NCBI GenBank assembly: GCA_965113315.1
Contig: OZ220368.1
Direction: 5' to 3' (one strand)
Source: Podarcis vaucheri
Lineage: Eukaryota
Length of the DNA: 64,000 nt
Notes under the pieces: generated by a model
What the model was told of the DNA's origin: nothing
Seen by the model: the letters and a program-made list of their open reading frames with translations, nothing else
The model's database searches: none
In this document: positions 38,270 through 50,620 of the stretch, one piece after another
Position numbering within the stretch: position 1 is the first letter of the stretch
How the letters are laid out: every line of letters starts with the position of its first letter
Made by a program: the position numbers and the translations under genes

Positions 38270-40602
38270 TTTAGCCACATTAATTTCAGTGGGTCTACTC
38301 TGAGTAAAACCTACTTGAATACCACCCATTTTTAATTCAAAAGATTGGGTGCCTAGAAATGTAACTATTTAATGCAAATTATCTGGTATGCATGCATTTC
38401 CCCTGCAAATTGTCATGCTTGTTAACACAGTGCATCAACAGCTGCCACTTGGCTTTTTTGCCATGAATAAACATCACATCAGAGGTCTTCTGAGGGTGGG
38501 ATCTTCTACTGCAGTAGAAAATGGTGAGAAGGGCATTTCTAAAAACATTAGCATTCTAAATATTTTAATGTGCCTCATATGGGTCAATCTGTACATCATT
38601 ATCATATATATGCACACCTCTTGCAGAAGCATACTTAGTCCTTGTCACATCATGTCCCAAATGCCCTGGGCCTTTCCCCAGCTTCAGGTTATAGGCACTG
38701 CTGCAGGTCCAATATAAAAGCAAATGTTACCTAAATCACTGTTTGCATTCCACACAAGCCATCAGCATTTGTCAAAATTCAAAATGTAGCCAGATCCTGC
38801 CACAGAAACATTTCAGTGACTGCAAGGCTTGAGGAGCAGAGGCTGCAAACTGTTTATTCATTTTAAAAGATCTGATAAAGATGCCAAATTAACATCATTA
38901 AACTCTTGTTGAGTAAAGTATTCAGCTCATGAAGCAGCAGCTATCAACACTAGCCCACAGCACTAGCACGGAAAATACTTCAGTATTCAGAAGGAGGAGG
39001 AGAACCGAACTTGCCGTTAACTTGAAATATGTAATTATAACAATCCACAAACTACTTACACCAGCATATTCTCAATGAAGTTCTATTGCAGTCTATAGGA
39101 ATACGCCAGAGTAAGATGTTCATCAACTGAAATCTCTGTGAATTACATGTGTTACAGTGATTAGTTAAACTTAACATCCAGGGCAGATCCATCTGACACA
39201 CACTTTTCTTTCACAGTAAGTACACAACTGTAATGATGCAATTTCACACTGTAGAAATGATGTCACCAGGGTTTTCAACAACAAAAAATCCAGTTGTAAA
39301 ACCTTCAAGTGACTTTTCTCTTCTGAATAATACGGCGAGGGCAAAGTTCATTAGCTATGATATGTACAAACATGGCAGTAGACAAAAGATTGCGAAATTT
39401 GAGGTAAAAAACACACGCCTGCTTTCCACAGGAACATTAATAGAAAAATAATAGATTTACACTTTTTGTCTCAAAAAACCTTACAACATGATCCTGTACA
39501 TATATACCAATGTAGCTCTTACTCCCAAGTAGGTGTGCACAGGATTGTGGCAATAGCAGTCTTCCTAAATAAAATGTTGCTTCATCTCTTTATTGTCTCA
39601 CACTTCCTTGCACTATGTGTACAGAGCAGGGATAGCCAGCCATCGGGAGACAACTATTTAACTTAAGTCTTCTGCAAACATCTGTTATTTATTTGTTATT
39701 CCTAATATTTATAAATTATACCCTGCCATGAGGCACCCAAGGCAATGTTCACATTTTACATTCCATTTTGTTAATAGAATATAGAAAGGGGTTGCTATAT
39801 TAAGAAACCGTACCATTATTGTTTTCTTATTACTGAATGGCAGCTATTACCAAAGAGTGTACTATCCATGGCTCACTATGAGCAGAAAGATGCTCGTGGT
39901 ACTAAAATTCACCAAACCCACCTGACAAGCCACTGCACACAAATAGTTCACTATGCAGAGCATTTCAAAGTGGTATCTATGCGGCAACCATAATATGCAA
40001 ACAACCCCTCATTTATGGATAGAATAGTGCTCTGCTAGCTATCTGAGTCTTTACAGATTTTTTATAATGTGAATCCATAATGATACAGCAGCTACATCTA
40101 ATCCACTACCAGTAACATTATATTTTGTGTTCACTTAAGAGATGATGCAAGTATAGTTCTGCTGTTCTTTGTTTATGTTTTCAAATGGGTCTGGAAACTG
40201 CGACACTCACCACTAAGAATGTCATCAGCTCTGTCCAATAAGTATCAAGCAATCCCGCAATCCCATTTCACATAAAATTCACCATTGCCGTAGATACACT
40301 ACATGAGGAGAACAGGACGCTTTCCCTGTGACAAAACTGCATTTAAATGCTGGCGGAATGTGATATCCCCGCAACAGAAATGCTTCCTTGAGGAAAGGTA
40401 CCTAGTCACCCTGCAACGATTAAGTAACAAGTATGCATTTACTGCATTGTTAACTGATCTTCTCAAAAGGATATCTGTTTTATTTATTCTAACTAACTTT
40501 TACACAGATTTTATAGTATTACATTTACCAATAGTCTTTAGGGATAAATGAATCGAGAGAAAACCTTGTAATTACCATGGATGTTTGCTTAAGGTGACAG
40601 AG

Positions 40603-40680
40603 GCTGCAATCCTATAGTGCCTTAATTTGGGAGTAAGGCCCACTGGAGCCAATGGGGCTTACTTCTGAATAGGACTGTGC
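40603..40680. mobile_element. Short palindromic repeat, same family as 20182-20422
   Basis: gctgcaatcctat...gggagtaaggcccactg...aatggggcttacttctgaataggactg fold-back. Confidence 0.6.
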
Positions 40681-42211
40681 TACAAAATGTACATGCTACT
40701 AAATAAAAAAATTAGTACATTACAAAGCAGGAAGAGGCTTCCATGCCATTCACTTGCTCGTTTTATTTTAATAGCAGTAGCTAAGTGTAGATTCAAACAT
40801 ATAGCTGAAAAGATACATTTGTTTATTGGTATAAATATAAATACCTGTTTGAATGCTCTTAAACTTCAGGGGCAAACGGCACAATCATAGCCTACAACAA
40901 AATCTGCAGTTTGAAATAATATTTTAAAAATAAATAAAACCATCCCATCACCCCAATACAATTTGCTACCTGAGGCAAAAAATCAAAATAGTTCCCTCTC
41001 CTCACCATCAATTGAGAAGTTTGCTGCACTGTACTCAAAAAACTGCTGTCTGAGGCAAGTCGCCCACTCTGCCTAACTGCAGGGCAGACTCGGCCGACCA
41101 GCGCTCGAGGTCATCAGTTCTTCTTTTATACTTAAAAGAAACTGTGGCATTAAAGATTACACAAAAAAGCACAAGCCTCAAAAATCAGCACAGGTTATCC
41201 CTTACTTCCAGTGCTCCGTAATCCCCCCCCAAAAAATATTTCTTTCTATATACTGTATATATATTTTAAAAATCTTCTTCTAACAGAAAACTCTGTCAAG
41301 TTCAGCATTTAATCAAATCTCTACAGGATTCAACCACCAGATTTGGGGGCATGTTTTTAGGATTGGTGAAAAGGGTTGGATTGGTTCATGAAACAAAATA
41401 GATTAAGAGTTCACCCTGCCCATAGATAATAAATCCATAAGCGTTCATGCAAATACAAACATGAACACACAGTAGAAAGAAGGACAATAAACATTTAGTG
41501 CCCATATGTGCCCCCTTCCCAGTTGTGGATAGATAAACACAACATTTATATCTTGCTCAGTGCTCCTTGGAGTCACAGTTACAAGCCCTCAGAGTTCCCC
41601 ATAAAACAGCAACAAGCAGGAGTCCAAAAGGAAGACGAAGGAAAAGCTAAATCACTAACATTTCCCAACAAATGAGAAATCTGGCCGGGTGGTAGAGACT
41701 GTGTGGGGAAACATTTGAGAGGCTCAAACAACCCCAGCCCTCCCCCACAAATGATCAATTAAAAGCCGTCCTTCTGCCAAGAGCCAGGCAAAGACGGGCA
41801 AGCGACTGCCGCAAAGAAAACGCTTGTCCCGATCGGTTCTGCATGACAATTGACGGGAAGGGGCAGGCAGCAAGGCCCATCCTCTCACCATGGTGATTAG
41901 GCATTCCAAGTGTGCAAGATAGCCCTAGCTAACATAAAGAGAAAGAGAAGCTGGAGACCAGCGGATGCAAGCCAGGGCCAGATGGTCCTGCAGCCGGCAG
42001 AACTGGAGCAGCTCACACACAGCTCTCTGCCACTTTAACGGCCCAAACATTTCTTTATTCCAACAATACAACTAAAAGAGACGGACATGACAAGGAGTCA
42101 CGGCAACAGTTTGCTGAGGGGGAGGAAGGGAAAGCTGAAGCCAAAATGCAGAAATAAAGGTGTAGGAAAGAGGTTGGCTGTGGGCTCCACTGAAGTCTGA
42201 GGTATGACAAA

Positions 42212-42275
42212 CCAGTACATATCTGGAACAATTCTACTGAAATCCAGTACAAATCGGGAACGATGCTACTGAAAT
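42212..42275. repeat. Diverged 32-bp tandem duplication
   Basis: ccagtacatatctggaacaattctactgaaat / ccagtacaaatcgggaacgatgctactgaaat. Similar two-copy duplications lie at 10662-10724 and 13044-13107. Confidence 0.85.
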
Positions 42276-45200
42276 CCATGAGTTTTAACTGGCATAACTG
42301 ACATCAAAAGCTGACCTGTCAGGACGGTCTTTTCTGTATTCACAATCCAGTTTTCACTCATTTAAAACTCACCTGTAGTATCCTCCCTCACACAAACATG
42401 CACACACAAAACTCTTTAGAAACATAGCTGTTTTCACTATGTTCGAAAGTAATCCTAATCCCAAATAGCTATTCACAACATGGTTTTCCTTCTAGCTCCT
42501 AATTTAATGTAGTTAAAATATTTCATAGGAAAAGCTTGAAGCAGTATATAGCAGTAAACAAATAAAAAAAACCCAATCAAACATCATGTCTACAAATTGC
42601 ACATGGTAGAATGCGTATCCCTCCCTTAGTATAGGCCCTAGTATGCAAACAGCTGGACAACACGTGCTCTGCTGAAGGAGCCACAGCTAAAGCGAAACTT
42701 GAGTTTGTTGCATAATATGCTAAAAGAAAAGAAAAACCAGGAATTGATATATTATTATTAATTCCTGTTTGGCATTTAAACAGAACAGTGCTTTGATTTG
42801 CTCTCAGATGTTTCCATTCATTAGTTTCAAAGCTACAAGTTACTGAAGTGATTTTCAAAAGCCGCCCAAACAAGAAGTTCACTCCCTACTGTGACGCAAA
42901 ATTGTGAGAAAATAATGAAGTATGAAGAAGTCGATGGTGCCTTATTCCCTGTCCTGCTCTCCTAGATTGGCCATTTGTTTACATGCTTCATTCCAGGGGC
43001 ACTTGGTACTAAATTGCTAGAAAGAACCAAAGAGCCAAGAAGAGGCTCTGGAAATATGATTCTTCAAACTAAAGAGAGAGAAAGAACTATGTTCCATATT
43101 ATGTGGAAAGCAAGGTCCAGAAATATTCTTCTGCAACAGGCTAAACTTTGAAATAGCTTTAATAAAGAATAAAAGTGACTCAAACAGAAATAAGCATCAT
43201 TTGTAGACTCAAACTTAAGGGCAGAGATTGCAAGTAACTCTAGGGATACAGGAGATAATGCATTCTGGAGTTCCCCAAAATGAACAGAGGGAAAGGAACT
43301 GCAACAACCAAGTGGTTTTGCTCAGCAGAAAAAAAAAATTGTTCTGCATGATCCAGGTGCTGCTGCGGACCTTTCTGCCAGTTCCCCCTGCTGAGAGGAA
43401 ACACTGCGGCAACTAGTCTGTGGGGAGCAGTCAGGACAATTTATTTTAGAAGCCAAAGAATAAAGAGGGTTTTTAAAAGGAGAGTTATAGATATCTGTCA
43501 CATAGGGATACGTTTATATCCACTCCAGCTGGAAACTTCCACGCTAATGAGGACACGTTTGTCTGAAGAACCCCATAGAATGTGTCTGTAGATGCCTGTG
43601 CTACACAAATGCAGTGTAAGCAGTGTTGCATAAATGTCATTAGCATGCTCAATGAACATCTAAACCTGGACAAAACATTTGCCTTAACAAACCCTCCTAG
43701 GATCATGGCCAACTCCTGGAGACTCCAACTTTCCTAGAACCATAGGGATCCAGAGGAGAGAAGTGTATTTGCTAAGGTACCGAGGACCTCTCTCCAGGAA
43801 GCGGATTGCAAAATAATAATTAGCAAAAATATGTTAAAGGCATATGATGCACTCGTTAACTTCTGCCATTGACTTGGGTACAATTGTGCACTCGTAAAGT
43901 GCTGAATCCAAACTGAAATCTGAAGTTCAACCCCATAAACTAGGCTATTTCGTGAAACCTCAGAACATATTCTGGAGCCAGAACCCAAAACTCTACTATA
44001 CCAAAGTAAATCCTAAACGACTTTCAAGAGGGTATGAGAATCAATCCAAATTTACAACACTAATTAACAGAGATAAGAATGTAGCCTCATGGGAATATAA
44101 ATACGCAAAGTATCACTTAGTATCTAATTAATACAATAAGATTCCCACATTTATATCTCTACAAAGCCATACATTTCCTTCATCAAGCCCTGTTATTTAT
44201 ATTGTAGAAGAACCTTGGACAGAATTGTCTTTAGGTGTTTTTTTTTAATCAAACAAACAAAAAAACCACACCCTACAAACCCACTGTGTAGCATTCACCT
44301 TCTTAAAATCAAATGAACCAGTTAGTGAGAAATCCAACTTTGAAATTACAAGACACAAACAAAAAATGGAATTTAGTCTGTTGGTGGCGGCACAAGGAAC
44401 GTTATGTGTTGCAATTAAAGTTATTCACCCGTCATGTGGTATGATTCCATTGCAGTATTTGGGAGAATACAAATAAACAGTACAGTCCGGCAATTCTGTA
44501 GGGTGTCTATTGGAGGCATAAAGGGTTTGCTGATCTGATGGCTTTTACTACCTCCATCAATACACTTTTGCCGACCAGCCTGTCTATACAACCATTTATC
44601 TGCAATGTATGTTAGGGTGGTGGTGAAAAGAATCCTTGTTTCACAGGAAAGGTTTGTATATACTGTTTGCGCAAGAAAACGGAGACAGCTTTTTAGGGGC
44701 CAATGACCAGGTATTTATAAAAGCCCATAAGGACACATTTACATACATGCAAATATCTCTAATTTTGTTTCGAGCTGTGGTGTCACTAGAAAGCTATTTC
44801 AGCCCTCAGACACATTCTATCAGCTATCAACAAAGAACCTTTCATACATGGAACATACACCCCACTCTTCTCCAAAATACTGAAATGTCCACAAATACAT
44901 ATCCTATGAAATAATATCTAAACATGCCAAGGGTATCTGAAGGTTGTAAGTAGCTGCAACAATGCTCTCTCGCTCACACGCATGCACGAAGTTTCAATAA
45001 AATGCCTCTAAACCCCTTGCCTGTTAAAATAAAGTTTTAACTAGATGAGAGGCAATATTCGGGACTAGAGCTAAACCTGGTCAGTCTCCATTAATATGCA
45101 CTTTACCTAGCCTATTGGGTAGAAAGTCGTTTTTTGTTTTGCTCCCATGAGAGCTTTATAAATTCAAAATAATTTATATGTTTTTTATGGCAACAAATGG

Positions 45201-47118
45201 ATAATCAAGGAAGAAAAACGTTCTGTATCTTGACACCTTTCAAACCATCTGCACAGATTTTATTCCAACTTTCAATGTGTGTTTCTAAAACTTCCTCCTT
45301 AAGCCCCCACCCCGCCCCCACCCCCGTTAGATGGCATATTTTAATGAGGTTCATCTATTTACTATCTGGGAATTCATCAGTACTCCTAACAACAAAGTCA
45401 GTGAAAGGAAGATACGTCCTTTCTGAACAGAGGAAGATAGACAATGTGTGTGAGTACATGTAAACACAGATGTGCCCACCGTCATATCCTCTCTCTAAAT
45501 ATTGTCAAATTATTAATATAAGGTATTTTATACTAGTTTTTGACAGGAGGTTAGCAACATGCAATCTTCAATATGCTCTAGACATATTTAAATGGCAAGC
45601 CAGCTTTTTACACTATTTTTATCTTCCAGTGTGCATGATCTGAGTGAGTTTTATATTCATATGGAGTTTATACATATAATTGTGAACATGATACATCTCT
45701 TCTTTCCTCCTTTTATTAATGTTTTCCCTACTTCACTCACTCACACACACACACTTAACTGTTGCACACAGGTATCAAAGACCAAAAAGCACATGCAAGT
45801 AGTTCTTCTCACACAGCTTAAGCCGCTCTAGGGCAAAAGAGAGCACACACGTCTGTAGTGCAACATGTAGCTTCTGTCTTCAAGAGGGAATCATTCCACA
45901 CTTACAAACGTTGACATAAAAGACACACTCATGGCATATTTCAAAACCAAAGAGCGATGGATTTACAAGGCAGGTTGATTTTATGGTGACTTTTATTGAC
46001 AAGGTACGCAGGCTTTCGGCAGATGCCTCGTAGCACTGGGAAGTTAACACAGTGCCTAATTCAAGGAGACAGCCCGAGGAAGCAGCACCGACAGGGGAGA
46101 GAGCGCAACAACGTCTCTATTACTCTCCTCGGCATCATAAAGGAGCAGAAGAAAAATGGTATCCAAGGGGTAACTGGGAAGCTACGTAGAAGTTTTTTTA
46201 AAAAATAAATAAATTGCTGATTCTTTCATGGAAAATAAGCGGGAGGAAAATAAGTGGGAGGGGGCAAGGTCCCACTAGAACGAAGAAAAGGGGGGGGGGG
46301 AATCTCAGCTCAACATCTAAGCTGTGCGTTTGAATTTGGAGCAGACCATCATAAGCCAAATACTGCCTTATCTTCCACTTCTTGGGTGGGGAGCTCATGG
46401 CACTTAATGACCAAGGGGGTGAGCTGTGGGAGAGGAATGCTGAAACAGGCATTGCTCCCCAAACAAATACTATGCAGGCGGGCTTCAGCTTGGCTCCCGG
46501 CCTGCAAAAAATAATACCACTTCTGAATTTGAAGAAGGAACTGCAGGAAACATCTCTGCCCATTTAAGAGTTATTGGGGCAGGGTGATCTCCTTGCCTAG
46601 AGCATCACCAGCTCTCTTTCTTTCTCTGCTTTGATGAAAGGGCTTAAGTTAGCTTACGCTAAACATCCAATAATAATGCCTTTACACTGATCAGGGGAGC
46701 AAATAATGGTGCACTGATTACAACCGGAGACAAATATGTGAGGGAAAGGGTTGAGGCGGGAGGGAGGGAGGGAAGGGAGTTCAACAAGACAGTAGGGCAA
46801 CAATCATGGAATAGGCAAGTGGTCTGAAACAAATGTTCCTCCGTAACTACAGGGAGACAACCTCCGATGCATTCACAACATAGAGATTCCCTCCCATTTC
46901 TGGAATATTGGTCATTTTTCTGTGACTCAGCATCCCAATCTAGTATGAGAATAACAGCTTCCTTGCGTAGATTCCCTTCAATCCCCCTCCCTCTGTAACC
47001 CATCATCATATGTTTAAAGAAAAAACCAGGAGCACAAGTATTATGACACCTCCTAGCATTGCAAAACACAGCTGTTGAACATTTTTCTGCCCCAGCTAAG
47101 CAAAGTTGAGGTACTTAC

Positions 47119-47743
47119 ATCTATCATTTCGGTCCTCGGGACTGGATGAGGTCTCCCGGTCCGAAATGAGGCCAGAGACAGCGAAGATCTTTTTCCCCGT
47201 GTCATCGACTTTGAGGGAGCCGGGGGAGCCAGATGGGAGCTGGGCTCCAAACTCATACTCCTTGCCATCAGCGTCTGAGAAGCGAAGGTGGGGAGAGTCA
47301 GTGTCATGGCAGTTCTTCAGACGCTTGGCAGGTGTAAAAGCTGACTGGTAACTCTCCCTGTCCTCAGTGGAGGCAAAGGGACGGAAGGCCCCAACGCCAC
47401 TGTGGTTCAGCATGCTGATTGGGGTGCAGTCCAGATTGGGGGGAGCAAACTGGGGGTGCAGATGCAGCAAGGAAGGTGGAAAATCACGGTTGGTGAATGC
47501 TCCTGGCACACCACCTTGTCGGTGATACATGGAGGCAAAAGTATAGGAGCCATTAGTGAACGGGATGTGCACATCCTTGTCCACCGATACTGGAACACCA
47601 AAGGGCCTTGGCTGCTGGCAAGGGATGGAAGCATCTCGGCTTGCTTCAGCGGTAGAAGCGAGAACCATCAGGGCTGGAGATGCCAGAGGATTGGGAAGGT
47701 AGGAGGAGTTTTCCATCTTGAAGGCTGCCCGGTGTAAGTCCAT
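47119..47743 (-). CDS. RNF220: RING finger protein 220 (E3 ubiquitin ligase), first coding exon (exon 2), 208 codons + 1 nt
   Basis: Translation MDLHRAAFKMENSSYLPNPLASPALMVLASTAEASRDASIPCQQPRPFGVPVSVDKDVHIPFTNGSYTFASMYHRQGG...SSSPEDRNDR matches the vertebrate RNF220 N-terminus as I recall it. ATG at 47743-47741. The exon ends at the canonical donor AGAT|GTAAGT (+ strand acttac 47113-47118), phase 1. Confidence 0.97.
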
Positions 47744-47860
47744 CGGAGTCTCTTTCCTTGACAGGGCCGCAAGGAAAATGGTCTTCCCTGGATGGAAAAC
47801 AAAGCAACGTCTGGGTGTAGAGCTGGGGGGTCTCACTGGGGCTTCATCACTGTTCCAAAG
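47744..47860 (-). other. RNF220: RNF220 exon 2 5'UTR portion (117 nt) with splice acceptor
   Basis: On the minus strand, a long pyrimidine tract ending ttctttttctccacag|C (AG at + 47861-47862) is preceded by branch-point-like attaac near 47895-47900. Confidence 0.9.
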
Positions 47861-50480
47861 CTGTGGAGAAAAAGAAGGGAAAAGGAGAGGAAATAGTTAA
47901 TTGCCATTCAGTCCTGGACAGTTACCTATCATGAATGCAACAAGAAAATTGTATGAGCAAAGAACCAAACCTCCATGTGTTCTCTTTCAGGAAAGTTCAC
48001 AAATAACTAGAAGGGTCTCTAACTCCCTCTAAGGGTGTGTCAGCACAAGTCTTTCTCCTGCTACCAGCTTTAGCACCAAACTTTGAAGTCAAGAGAAGAT
48101 CCCCACTAAAAGTAGATAAAATGGGGCACTTTTCCACACACCATCACTACTCTGTGGTTCATGCAGGTAGTGCAACTTGCTCTGACCTCACCTTCTGCTG
48201 TAAGAAGGGCAAGAAACTAGTGCATGTTCAGATTAAGGAATGAGTGGTTTGTGGGGACTGAATGCTCTGAATAAGCGCTATATGGGATGGAAACAATCTT
48301 TAATGAGCAAATGAAAGGCAAATGACCTGACTCCTTACAGACAGAAATATGGGGTGAAGTACTGGACTGTAGAAATCAGTGGTGGCAATTTTAGGTTATT
48401 ATGTTTAAAGAAAGTAATTACTATTTTTAATATTTGGTAAGTTATTCACAATTTACAAACAAGCATTTCTGCATATATCTTCACAGCCCATTAAGAAAAA
48501 ATAATGTAGAAACCGTATCCGTTTTCTGTTGTAGAGGCCCATATGAATATCTACCTGTGCAGATACACATACAAGTTATAGATTTCACTTTATATTCAAT
48601 GGTGCATGTGGGCATAAACATGCCTCTCTTATACATTTCTCTGAATTGTTCCATGTGGTGTTTGTGTGCTTTTACGAAAGCAGCAGCAACTTCATCAATA
48701 AAGTGCTTGGCGTCTCTGACAATATTTAAAATCATAATGGGAGCCAGTGCCATATGATCTCTTGCAAGCATCTGCCTTTTAGGTTGAGGACAGCACAAAA
48801 CGGATCAGTAATTTTACTTCCTAATGCGCTCATGCTTAAGTAGATTTGTAAACTGTCCTGGATATGCCATTAGCATTTAGAGAAAAATGTTAACAAAATG
48901 TCTAGGCTTGCTTTTCCTTGAAATTACTTACAAATTCAAAGTAACCTATTATCCCCACTCGCAAAGTATCAGTACAGATATTTACATTTACATGTATGTA
49001 TAAATAATAAAATTAACTTTCCCTCTAACCCTTTTTAGAGTTGAAATCAAAATCACGTTCTCTCCTCTTCAACCTAGAATCCACCCCCCCCTCCACTTTT
49101 TAAGCTTCCACTGCCAACCATTCAGAATGCCACAATGCACTTGAATGTAAGAGAACTGTTACTTTAAAACAATGTGCTAGCCTTGCGGCACTCAAAAGGC
49201 CACAAAAAATCATATAATAAAAAAGCTGTTACAAAATGTGCCTGTTAGATCCAGAAGGTCAGACATAGCAAATAAAACTTACTGAAAGAGTCTCTTTTCT
49301 AATGGAGTGGCTTTTGTATTCTGTGAATGAGCAAGGCTAGGTTAACAAATTCTGTGGAATCCTGACTGCGCCTTTCATGCTGTCCAGCAGTAACATTTCC
49401 TTTTCTCCCATTCTGTATCCAGACGCTCAGTGACTGTTATTAAGTGTGAAGATGAGAGGGCATCATCTTGCCTCTTCCTCATTTGGCTCCCTTCCTGATA
49501 CAGATCAGTGCTAAATCACCAGATTATAGATCTCACATTAACAAAGTTTTGGTCGCTTCCAAATTTTAAATAACTTTCCGTCAAGTACTAGCCATGGACA
49601 GAAAGATGCCACAGGGAATCTGGTCGGCCTTCTTTCGGAGTTACCTTCTGCACTGTTTTCTGCATAGCTGATTTGTCACAGAAAAGCAAGCAAACAAATT
49701 TAAAACAAAAAACTGCAATAATAGGTGAAGGTGAAGCAGGGGCTAGGAGACCTGAATGCTCATTTTCAATTATTTTTAAAGGGAGGGGAACACCCTACCC
49801 AGATAAATACATAAATACACTATTAATATCTGAATTGACCCATGGGACTGAGGGAAAACCATAGCCTTTCTAGGATTTAAATAAATGAGGGGGGTGAGAG
49901 CACACTACTAATGCCTCTGTGCCTGCTTTTCTATTTTTACTTCCACTGTCACCTCATTACGTTAAATGTATTTCATAAATTAGTAATCTGGAAGCCACAC
50001 TTGACACTCCTTGTAGAATACTGTGAATCACTCCAATCGCCCTATTCGTTCGCAAACTTCATTACATAGAGAATAAATCAACATATTACGATATTGCACC
50101 AAGCCAAGTTTATTTTTTTTTAAAAAAACCTCCTGCATCCTTTTCTCCCCTATTTTCTCCTTGTCTCTTACCTTCTTTTCCACCATCTCTTTGCCCCACA
50201 CGATTATCCCCTATCACCACCATCATTAGGAGCATGTACAGATGAGGCTGCGGCAAGGCCAGTCATTATGAAAATCTATAGATAATACACTCCCAATGTC
50301 AAAATGTCATTGGTTTTTAAATATGGAACCCAAAATAAGAAAACTAACTGACCTGCTTAATTAAAAAAATATGGATTGCAGGATAACCAGCCTGATGAAA
50401 CATTTGGGTGACTGGAAGGGAGCGGGCACAGCCAAAGTAAGTAACTGTTACTTTTCTGCCTCTATGCTGATTTTTTTAAT

Positions 50481-50620
50481 NNNNNNNNNNNNNNNNNNNN
50501 NNNNNNNNNNNNNNNNNNNNNNNNNNNNNNNNNNNNNNNNNNNNNNNNNNNNNNNNNNNNNNNNNNNNNNNNNNNNNNNNNNNNNNNNNNNNNNNNNNNN
50601 NNNNNNNNNNNNNNNNNNNN
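50481..50620. other. Assembly gap (140 N)
   Basis: Run of N. Confidence 1.

Larger units (their letters stand above)
1..47118 (-). other. RNF220: RNF220 intron 2 (partial; continues beyond the window)
   Basis: Starts at the exon-2 GT donor. No sequence encoding the expected continuation (C-K-K-K...QAPICPICQ) was seen in the ORF track or by eye. Confidence 0.85.

Noticed and set aside
47096-47836. Track ORF of 246 aa taken as the full CDS
   Set aside because: It starts at a non-ATG codon in the 5'UTR and reads through the splice donor. The supported coding part is 47743-47119.
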